A stretch of 54,077 bases of DNA. Source: Octopus bimaculoides. Lineage: Eukaryota. Shown here piece by piece: positions 1 through 9,680 of the stretch. Numbering within the stretch: position 1 is the stretch's first letter; each line of letters begins with the position of its first letter. The position numbers were made by a program, and so were the translations under genes. The notes beneath the pieces were generated by a model that did not search any database, was not told the origin of the DNA, and saw only the letters and a program-made list of their open reading frames with translations. The stretch is from the NCBI RefSeq assembly GCF_001194135.2, contig NC_068983.1, positions 6,527,061 through 6,581,137 on the forward strand, read 5' to 3'.

Positions 1-3
1 TCA

Positions 4-35
<32 letters not shown>

Positions 36-522
36 TAATACACGACTTATAATCCCCAATCCTGTTCATACAACGACTGGGGCATAACTAGTCGGTATAC
101 AGCACTTACTCGGTATTACCTGTATCTTTTGGGTTTAGTTAAATCCAATACCCTCCTCAACCTTATATATATATATATATATATATAAGTGATGGAACGC
201 AACACACACCGAATTTGTATTAACAACTTATATATATATATCTGTATGAGTAAAAACAAAGAGGTGACCCCGGTTAAACCAAATGCTATATAATGAATAT
301 TTCTTTATTTCTATTACGACTCTATAGTCATATAATATTGTGTTCAGGACCATACGTATAAGGAGTTCTATGCAATTTATTTGGAGAAAAAAAAAAGAAA
401 AATATTAAGCAGTAAAGAAAGAAGTCATCTTGTCGACTGATATAGTTTTTGCATGGAGATCCATGAATTCAGAAATATTTGTTACTCTTATTAATATATT
501 ATTAATATAAATGCCACTCGTA

Positions 523-735
523 GCGGTGAGCTGGCAGAAGCAGTGCAACATCGGTGAAAACGCTTAGTGATATTTTAACTGTCTGTACGTCCTGAGTTAA
601 AATTGCGCTGGAGTCGACTTTGGCTTTAATTATCTCGATTTCCATAAAACAAGTAACAGTTAAAAACTGGGGTCCATACAATCGACTTAGCTCCTCAGCC
701 ACATCTTGTAGCCTTGTGCGGAAATTTGAAACAAA
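523..735 (+). mobile_element. SINE family A (tRNA-derived), diverged copy
   Basis: GCGGTGAGCTGGCAGAA head (A-box-like), GAGTTAAAATT B-box variant, GTCGACTTTG core and CCTTGTGC..AAATTTGAAA tail, all shared with many copies in the window. Confidence 0.8.
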
Positions 736-1023
736 TATAAATACCATTTAATTTTGGGAAACTCGGAATAATAGTATGTAATTTCGTTGTCCCATATTAT
801 CGAACACCAAAACGGCTCTCTCTCTCCACACACATATATGTACTTACATTTTAATATTTCGCTTAGGTGTAACCAGACTAATAACCTGGTTAAAATTCCA
901 CGTACGTATAGTTTTGGACACAATATTATATGAGTATACATTTGTTATAGAAACAAAGCGATGTTCATTATATAACTCTTTGTTTCTACACACAGGGACA
1001 CACATCAATATATATATATATAC

Positions 1024-1053
<30 letters not shown>

Positions 1054-1054
<1 letters not shown>

Positions 1055-1652
1055 AAGTATAAGAGAAATTACCCATAACAGGTAACTTCTACACGCTAGA
1101 AGGCAGTCATAAACGACTGAAAACCACAAAGTAAAACATTTCAAAGGAAAGAGAAAATAAAAACTTTTACATTATTTCTAACGGTTAGACATATAGGTTT
1201 CTGATTTTTTAGTAAATAAAGTAATTTACTAGGCAAATCGTCTTCAGTAACCAGACGTCAAGGAACTAACATATATTTACAAGACCGGAAGCCATAACTA
1301 CATGTCTTCTCGAATATACATTCTAATTTCCCCATAATCCACTGCGCAGACGTAGTTTCCGTCGGCAGAAAATGAAAAAAATGCCCAAACGAACTTTGAA
1401 ATGCTAATATTAAATACTTGAGTATATATATAAGAAGGGTAGCAAAACTATACAGAGTTATACTACTCCCGTTTGAAATGTTTTACTCTGTGGTTTTCGA
1501 CTGCCTTCTAGCGTGTAGAAGTTACCTGTTATGGGTAATATCTTTTATACTTTACATGGAATATGTTGTCTATTGACTTTTTTACATGCGAGGCCACTAG
1601 TAGTATAACTCTGTATAGTTTTGCTACCCTTTTTATATATACACTCAAGTAT
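1054..1652. mobile_element. Penelope pseudo-LTR / retrozyme-like non-autonomous element made of two inverted, overlapping partial copies, flanked by (TA)n
   Basis: Interleaved inverted repeats: 1054-1145 vs 1472-1553 and 1414-1467 vs 1599-1652. Contains the hammerhead motif. (TA)n on both sides. Confidence 0.55.
1183..1252 (-). ncRNA. Type I hammerhead ribozyme motif (one deviation at the stem II closing pair)
   Basis: Minus strand reads GGUUA-CUGAAGA-[C GAUUU GCC UAGUAAAU UACUUU AUUUACUA AA AAAUC A]-GAAAC-CUAUAU-GUC-UAACC. Stem I is GGUUA/UAACC, the core CUGANGA and GAAA are intact, stem III is AC/GU with a near-palindromic loop, and the cleavage triplet is GUC. The 10.1-11.1 pair is C-A rather than the usual G-C. 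Confidence 0.72.
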
Positions 1653-1674
1653 ATATATATATATATATATATAT

Positions 1675-2054
1675 AAATTTATTTATGAGGGTAGAAATTG
1701 ATATTAATCAATTTGAACCAGTGGTCTAGCATATTAAAAAAATCCGAAGATTAAAATTATATTACATACAAAAATAAGAGGGATGACCAGCAAAAGTGGA
1801 CTCCTATATGCTAGAAATAAATGCCGAATCATCTAACCACGAAAAAACTGTTCTCAGTAAAAATTCAGCGACACTGAGAACATATTTTTTTCGTGGTTAG
1901 ATGAATCGGCATCTATTTCTAGCATATATGAGTCCACTTTTGCTGGTCATCCCTCTTATTTTTGTATGTAATATAATTTTAATCTTCGGATTTTTTTAAT
2001 ATGCTAGACCACTGGTTCAAATTGATTAATATCAATTTCTACCCTCATAAATAA

Positions 2055-2058
<4 letters not shown>
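1675..2058. repeat. Large near-perfect palindrome (fold-back element) embedded in (TA)n
   Basis: Arm 1675-1858 is the reverse complement of 1873-2058 with a 14-nt spacer. About 4-5 differences, all in the inner third. Confidence 0.9.
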
Positions 2059-2085
<27 letters not shown>

Positions 2086-2149
2086 CGTCTCTATATGTGT
2101 TAGTGCAATTTCATAACAAATGGGCATATACACACACGCACACGTATTT

Positions 2150-2192
<43 letters not shown>

Positions 2193-2843
2193 TCGTGCGT
2201 GTGTTTCTGCATTTGATTCTATGTACGTGTGAGCGCGCTCAGATATAAAACGCTAACACGCAAATGTTGCGTCGTGACTGGTTAATGTATGCATTTACAT
2301 GCCTATTTCAAAGTGCGTCTCTCTCCCTGTCTAAGTGCGTGCTCGTCTGCGAATGTGTGTAATGGTATGCCATTTAGTTTTGTATTTCACATTCTTACAT
2401 GTGTGTACTTAAAGAAACAGAAAGAACAATGAAGTGAAGGGCATTGATGGGGAAAAGCAGTAAAGAGATCGATGAGAGAGCATCTGAGTGGAGTGGCAAA
2501 AAGGAGAGACAAGGATGAAATGAAAGCAGAACAGAGAGAGGGAAAGAGAGGAAGAGAGAGATAGAGAGGAAGAGAGAGAGACATAGAAATAGACAGGACA
2601 ATCTCAAAGAAAGAGAAAGAGCTACCAAGAAAGACAGAGAGATGGGGGGAGAAAGACTGAGCAACGGGATGTATACACGCCAGATACAAGTGTGTATACA
2701 TATTGCATATATTCATAAACACAAACGTGCTTGTAAGTGTTTGCATGTGTATATACATGTGTGTGTGTGTATTATATATACACACACACATATATACATA
2801 CATATATATATATGCATATATATTGTACATAATATAGATATTT

Positions 2844-2910
<67 letters not shown>

Positions 2911-2970
2911 CATGTATAAATTCATACACATTCATTTATATATTCTATACATACATATATTCATACATAT

Positions 2971-3003
<33 letters not shown>

Positions 3004-3314
3004 CATATATATACATGCATATATATATGCATATATACATATATGTATGCATATATATATGTATATATATATATACATATATGTATGCATATATATATGT
3101 ATATATATATATGTATGTATATATATATATGTATGTATGTGTGTATGTGTATGTATATTTGTACAGGAACGATAAAATTAAGTGGAAATGATATTTAACA
3201 GAAGAAGTGATGTGAGATAAATGTATGTAATAACTTTCAAGTCAAATCAATATACGATGTTGATAGCGTTGCACAGACATTGAGCTGTATGATGTTAGTA
3301 GTCTATGGCTGCAG

Positions 3315-3374
3315 GGTGGAGACGGCATCGAGAGTCGAGTGCCGGGGAGGGGCGAGGCACCTTTTACGCTGCAG
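3315..3374 (+). other. Candidate 60-nt exon (unverified)
   Basis: GC-rich island bounded by ctgcag| and CAG|gtatgt. Length is a multiple of 3 and all three frames are open. Weak polypyrimidine tract and no recognisable protein. Confidence 0.2.
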
Positions 3375-3729
3375 GTATGTGATTAGTAAGGCATATATGC
3401 CAAATAGCTTCCAACACACTTAGGAAATTCCATACATACTTAACCATTACAAAAACAACAATACAAATAACAAGAAACAACAATGGTAAATATCAAGGAA
3501 AAAAAAATAGACGAAGAAAGCGAAAAGAGTATCAATAACAAAGGAAAGTGTTTCTGCAACAGCAATCAAGGTTTGTTTTGAAAAGAAAAATATGAAGAAT
3601 TAACGCAATGAAATATGATGGGTGCGGAGAACTAAATGTCAAATTTTGAAATTAATTGACTTCCTGGAAGTGACTTACTTGAAATTTTTAGCTAATGTGT
3701 ATAATTGTTGATACAAATAACTAGAACAA

Positions 3730-4362
3730 GGCGGTGAGCTGGCAGAAATGTTAGCATGCCGGGCGAGATGCTTAGCGGTATTTCGTCTGCCGTTACGCTC
3801 TGAGTTCAAATTCCGCCGAGGTCGACTCTGCCTGTCATTCTTTCGGGGTCGGTAAATTAAGTACCAGTTACGCGCTGGGGTCGATGTAATCGACTTAATC
3901 CCTTTGTCTGTCCTTGTTTGTCCCCTTTATGTTTATCCCCTTGTGGACAATAAAGAAATAAGAAACGTTAGCATGCCGGGCGAAATGCTTAGGGGTATTT
4001 CGTCTGCCGTTACGCTCTGAGTTCTAATTCCGCCGAGGTCGACTTTGCCTTCCATCCTATCGAGATCGATAAATTAAATACCAACTGCGTACTGGGGTCG
4101 ATCTAATTTACTACCTCCTCCACAAAAAAAAAAAAATTAGGGTTTTGTGCCTAGAGTAGCAAAGACGTTAGCACACTGCGCGAGATATTTAGCGGTATTT
4201 CGTCTGCTGTTACGTTCTGAGTTCAAATTCCACCGTGGTTGACCTTGCCTTTCATCCTTCCGGGGTCGATAACATAAGTACGAGTTGCATACCGGCGTCG
4301 ATCTAATCGACTGGCCACCTCCTCCAAAATTTCGTGCCTTGCGCCTAGAGCAGAAAAGGATA
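3730..4362 (+). mobile_element. SINE family A head-to-tail trimer
   Basis: Three units at about 3730, 3964 and 4166, each with (AC)GTTAGCA..GCGA(A/G)AT..GTT(C/T)..AATTCC..GTCGA. Units 2 and 3 lack the GGCGGTGAGCTGG 5' end. Confidence 0.9.
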
Positions 4363-5209
4363 TAAATAACTAGTATGCATTACTGGGATTTATCTTTAAT
4401 ATATGCTAAATATGCGTACTAGAGTTCTAATCCTATTTTTTTGTTTTTTTTGTTTTTTTTACCATTTACCCTCCCTGGTATTTTATTACTTACATGTCAT
4501 ATAACGGTAATGTTCTTGAAATTTGGAACCGAAATTTCTTTTATTAAAGCCATGGAGGTAGGTTGTTCTCATTCGTTGTACAAAATTCTGCTTCAAGCAG
4601 AATAGATGAATACATATATATATGCATACATGATGATTGTGATAGAGAAAAAAACACGAACATATCAACGTTCAATAACAGTATGGTAACCGAGGTGGCT
4701 ATTAATTTGTAAAAGTAAAGAACAGAAAATAAATAGAAAGAGAGGTAAATAGAGTGATGTGGGGCTATTTTAAGGATTGGCTATATAGGATAAAGTAAGT
4801 TGCATATGTGTATGGAGTCTAAGAATTGTGTACGGGGGTAGCCGAGAAGATAAGACAGAGAATGGGGAGGTAGTGCATGATAGGGTAAAAAAAAAATAGA
4901 GCGAAATGAAATGAATTTAAGGGGAGTAATAGATGTCTGGTAGTCTCAATGTCTAAAGTTATTGGGGAGGAAATTTGGTAGTAATTGCTTGTGTCCGTCC
5001 TGGCAATTATTTTCTAAACAGGATGAAATAAAAATCAAAAGAAACCCCACAGAGTATCGATGGTATTCTGGCTGATCCCGTATTTTACTTTTCTTCGCTT
5101 TACGAAGATATCGTTTTGAAAGACAAGTTCATTTTAGCTGTTTATTCATGCATTCTTAGCTAAACATTTATAAGTTATATTCTGTAATACGTTGAGTTCT
5201 AAATAACGG

Positions 5210-5420
5210 TTTCAAATTTTTGCACAAGGTTAGCAATTCATGGGTGGTTGGAAGTCAATTACATCGACCCAAATACTTAACTTGTACCTAATCCACCGCA
5301 AAAGGATGAAAAGCAAAGTCGATCCATACCTGCATTAGAACTCAGAGCGTAATTTCAGGAAAAAAAAAAGCCGCTACGCATTCAGCCCGGCGCGGTAACA
5401 ATTCTGCCTGCTAGCCGCTT
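5210..5420 (-). mobile_element. SINE family A, diverged
   Basis: Reverse complement of the family A head, core and tail motifs. Confidence 0.75.
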
Positions 5421-6271
5421 ATTGACTATTGAAGGATAACATATTGAATAAGTTAGTCATAGAAAATCCTTAGAAGTAGGGACGGCCACGGTAGGCTGGA
5501 ATGTCTTTCATCAAAGGTCTCTTAGATCTGCTTCGTTACAACTTGTCTGGGACTAAACAACATGTACAACAACAACAACAACATCGAAGGCGACGACGAC
5601 GGTAAAAATAACAAAAGCAATTATTTGTATACCATAACAAGAGTACAGACCTCACCAGACCATTATGGTAATATCATAACAGTCATTATCACTTAGACTA
5701 CCCACAACATCGCATCCAACTCTAACACTCACGTCATCAACCTAAATCACCCCCCACCCAACACAATAACCTTACACAACCACCAACATCATCGGCATCA
5801 CCATTATTCTATGCTACCAATACCAACAGCAGAATGTTATTCGCACTCCGAAGAATAAGATATACAGAAAAAAAATATACTGTTTGACACAATTGTAATT
5901 TATCTGTTTGAAGAAATTGCCTACATTAAATGGAGGTAAACAATATGATTTGCAAACATAAGCAACGACTAGTGAAATGACATTGAAGTGCTAATGGTTG
6001 TGTTTAGTGCCCAGCAAACATTTCTTTCAATGGTAGTCATCCTGTCTTCATTTCCTGCATTTTATTCCCTTTCATCTTTCACTGCAGACCTTAACGCTGT
6101 TTGCTTTCAACCACTTTACTTTCTCAATCTCAGCCTCGCTTTCATTTGTCTTCTTTCATAAATCACTGCATGAGAACTAGTTACATACGAACGTACACAC
6201 AACACGTGCATGCATGGAAACATATAGATACATGTGTGTGTATGTACGCATATATGGACAACTTAGACGTA

Positions 6272-6327
<56 letters not shown>

Positions 6328-6500
6328 GACAGACAGACAGATAGAGATATGCAGATTCACTCACAAGCATGGACACAGATACATGACAATACTGACTCGA
6401 CAAAACCGCACGCACCAGAGAATATATACATCCGCTCACACATATATAAATACACAGATGCAGTGTATTTACTCTCATACACAGACTCATACACCTATAT

Positions 6501-6539
<39 letters not shown>

Positions 6540-6639
6540 NNNNNNNNNNNNNNNNNNNNNNNNNNNNNNNNNNNNNNNNNNNNNNNNNNNNNNNNNNNNN
6601 NNNNNNNNNNNNNNNNNNNNNNNNNNNNNNNNNNNNNNN

Positions 6640-6692
6640 TCTTTCAGAAAGTCATGTAACCACTCTCCAAGTTTTCCAGCTATGCCAATCAC
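6640..6692 (-). mobile_element. LINE (CR1/L2-group) reverse transcriptase fragment abutting a gap
   Basis: Minus frame GIAGKLGEWLHDFLK resembles the 'GIxGKLxxWxxxFL' stretch upstream of the GVPQG motif in CR1-group RTs. Very short. Confidence 0.5.
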
Positions 6693-7148
6693 TTCATTTA
6701 ACGATTTTTCAGTCCACAAAGCTGTAAATGAATAAATCTACAATGGACTACTGACACGTCCAGGGGGAATATAGTGATATCGGTCAGTTGTACGCCATAG
6801 AAACCGAATAAACGACCCTGTGTGCCCTAAGGCTCGTGACAACAATGTCCAGGGTTGATGATCATGATGATGATGATGATGGCAATGATGATATTTCACT
6901 AAAGAAATATTCAGAAAGTATAGAACAGGCTACAGGTATAGGTGAATGTATATACGGATGTGTGAGGGTGGAGGGGAAGAAAGCGATTAAATAATCTAAA
7001 ATCAGTAGATGACTATATATATATCAGAAAAGCCTTATCTTTCGTCTTAGAAATGATATTTTAAATATATATGTGTGTTTGTGTGTGTACGTATGTGTAT
7101 ATATATGTGTATGTACTTGTATGTGTATGAATACATGTGTGCGTTTGT

Positions 7149-7188
<40 letters not shown>

Positions 7189-7198
7189 NNNNNNNNNN

Positions 7199-7246
<48 letters not shown>

Positions 7247-7983
7247 ATATACATGTTTATGTTTGTGTGTTTATATATATGTACATATATACGTGTGTGT
7301 GTTTTTATATATATGTGTGTGTGTGTGTTTGCGTGTGTGTGTGTGTTTATATGTGTCTTTATGCATATGTGTACGTATGTGTATATATAAATATGTACTA
7401 GTATGTGTATGAATACGTGTGCGTGTATATGTATGTATATATGTGTGTTGGTATCTGTGTACGTATATATATATATATATATATGTATATGTGTGTGTGT
7501 GTGTGTTTGTAAGCATACATATATGCAAACACATATTCCATGACTCTTATTCACCAATATCCCTTTTAGGGCTCTTTTTCATTTTTTCCCCTACAAACTT
7601 TCATATTCCCTTCCACCACGTCACCACATCCTCTCTCTCTCTCTCTCTAAGAGGGAGGGCTTCCTTCTCTCAATTTGTTTCTTTCGTTCAACTGTTGTCA
7701 TTTCATTTGCAATTTCCTTTTGCCATTAGTCATTTTCATATCGTGGTTGTGATGTGTGTGCGTGTGTGTGTGTGTACTATTGTATATGGGTGGGGTTTTG
7801 TGTGTGCATATAATTTCTGTATTTATGCTATACCTATTTGTACTTTTGATTTATTTCTATAACTGTGGCTGCCTACGTCTGAGTGTATGCATATTTGAGT
7901 AAATGTGCATACATTATATTTGTGTGTGTGTGTGTATTCTGAAAGCCTATGCATACATTGTATATAAGTATATACATTTCATA

Positions 7984-8045
<62 letters not shown>

Positions 8046-8298
8046 NNNNNNNNNNNNNNNNNNNNNNNNNNNNNNNNNNNNNNNNNNNNNNNNNNNNNNN
8101 NNNNNNNNNNNNNNNNNNNNNNNNNNNNNNNNNNNNNNNNNNNNNNNNNNNNNNNNNNNNNNNNNNNNNNNNNNNNNNNNNNNNNNNNNNNNNNNNNNNN
8201 NNNNNNNNNNNNNNNNNNNNNNNNNNNNNNNNNNNNNNNNTATATATATGTATTTTTATATAGTATATATATGTGAATTAGGTAGTGGGTAGCGATTT

Positions 8299-8615
8299 TC
8301 GTCACTACTTCAGGGAGTGACGACCCTGCCTGACACGAATCCCGGGCTCAGCTGGCTCCGGCTGACAGTACCCGGTATGGGCCCTATCCAGGGTTACGGA
8401 AAGGAGACAACCTTCAAAGAAATCCGGAGTGGATCCCCGTAGGTGGTTTAGTGTTCGACTCGACACTCTTCCAGTAGCAACCAAGCTGGCGCCAAACGTA
8501 ATGCTCTGCACTTCTTTGGACTATATCAGCAAGGTCGAGAAACGAATCTTGACGGTTGGTCTACCCAGGATTTTCGTGCATTTAGCCCAGGCCTGCGCAA
8601 AACTGGAGAGGACAT
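8299..8615 (+). mobile_element. RTE-clade LINE 5' UTR-like fragment (or SINE body derived from it)
   Basis: GC-rich block with AAATCCGGAGTGGA and CCAAGCTGGCGCCAAACGTAATGCTCTGC..CTTTGGAC, which I recognise as similar to RTE 5' regions. Several hairpins, e.g. 8299-8306/8316-8323. No downstream ORF. Confidence 0.5.
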
Positions 8616-8959
8616 GAAATGTAAAAATCAGACTGGATTAGTTTATGCGCAGTTCCATTGTCTCCCCAGACAAAACAACAATATATATATGTACGCGTGT
8701 GTGTAGTGTGCATAAATTTGTGTATATTATATATGGATGTATATTCATATTCGTTTGTATTTCTTTATACATATGTATATGATATAAATGTATACATGTG
8801 TGTGTGTGTGTGCTTCATCTATGTACATCTGTCGAGATACATGATCAGTTTTCTACCCTGGATTTACTGGGTGACTGGTGTCTCAGTTATATCTCTTAAG
8901 CTTTTTTTAAACATTCCCTGTTTCAAATATAGCAACTCTAATTTAACTGTTGTTTTCAG

Positions 8960-8976
8960 GAAGATGGCGCGCCTGG
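8960..8976 (+). other. Candidate 17-nt microexon containing ATG (unverified)
   Basis: ctctaatttaactgttgttttcag|GAAGATGGCGCGCCTGG|gtaatt: branch-point-like motif, pyrimidine tract, AG and GT. AAGATGG start context. Confidence 0.25.
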
Positions 8977-9035
8977 GTAATTATTTATACTGTAAACCTT
9001 CATTATTATTATTATTATCATGTTGAAGTAGTTAA

Positions 9036-9680
9036 GGCGGTGAGCTGGTAGAATCGTTAGCACCCCGGGCAAAATGCTTAGCGATACTTCGCCCGTCGTT
9101 ACGTTCTGAGTGCAAATTCTGCCTCGGTCGACTTTGTCTTTCATCCTTTCGGGGTTGATTAAATAAGTACCAGTTACGTACTGGGGTCGATGTAATGGAC
9201 TTAATCCCCTTCCCCAAAATTTCGGGCAATCTGCCTATAGTAGAAAGGATTATTATGGAAGTAGTTAATTTGCGGAATCGTTAGAACGTCAAGCAAAAAT
9301 TTCTTGTGTTATCTAATTCTAGCCCTTACGTTCAAATTTCGTCGAAGTCAAATTTGCTGTTCATCCTTCTGTGGTCATTAAAATAAAGGGTAAATTTTCA
9401 GATTAACACCCGCACGATTTTCACTTGGGTGGTAGTGTTAGGGCTTTAGGGTCAGGGTTAGGGTGTTAGGGTTAGGGTTTAGAGTTAGGGTTAGGGCTTA
9501 GAGTTAGGGTTAGGGCTAGGGACGGAATTCCCTAACCCTAACCTTAAAACCCTAACCCTAAAACCCTAACCGTAACACCCTAGTGAAAATCGTGCGGGTG
9601 TTAATCTGAAAATTTACCAAATAAAGTCATACGCAAGTACACTGGGATTAATTTAATCGACTGATGTCTCCCAGACTTAT
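9036..9680 (+). mobile_element. Two SINE family A copies, the second interrupted by a MITE
   Basis: Intact copy 9036 to about 9255. The second copy's sequence resumes after the insertion at 9619. Confidence 0.85.
9389..9618. mobile_element. MITE with 37-bp perfect TIRs, 8-bp TSD and internal telomere-like repeats (Merlin-like)
   Basis: TIR GGTAAATTTTCAGATTAACACCCGCACGATTTTCACT at 9389-9425 and 9582-9618. AAATAAAG is duplicated at 9381-9388 and 9619-9626. Interior is (TTAGGG)-like then (CCCTAA)-like. Confidence 0.9.

Noticed and set aside
2387-3175. Long ORFs rich in Y/I/H/T/C/V here and at 6101-8305, 13394-14282, 20560-22208, 25854-26602, 39375-39781, 42748-43732 and 48195-50713
   Set aside because: Translations of (TA)n, (CA)n, (GA)n and (GATA)n microsatellites and N runs, which lack stop codons by construction.
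3730-3830. tRNA-like A/B boxes in many places
   Set aside because: All belong to SINE heads. None folds into a complete cloverleaf, so no tRNA genes are called.
4494-4587. Minus-strand candidate exon (cag|...CAT|gtaagt; NFVQRMRTTYLHGFNKRNFGSKFQEHYRYMT)
   Set aside because: Splice motifs of this strength occur by chance in AT-rich DNA. Weak pyrimidine tract, no recognisable homology, and opposite strand to the other candidates.
9426-9581. Relic of a real chromosome end fusion
   Set aside because: The repeats are enclosed by TIRs and an 8-bp TSD within a SINE, so they arrived as transposon cargo.
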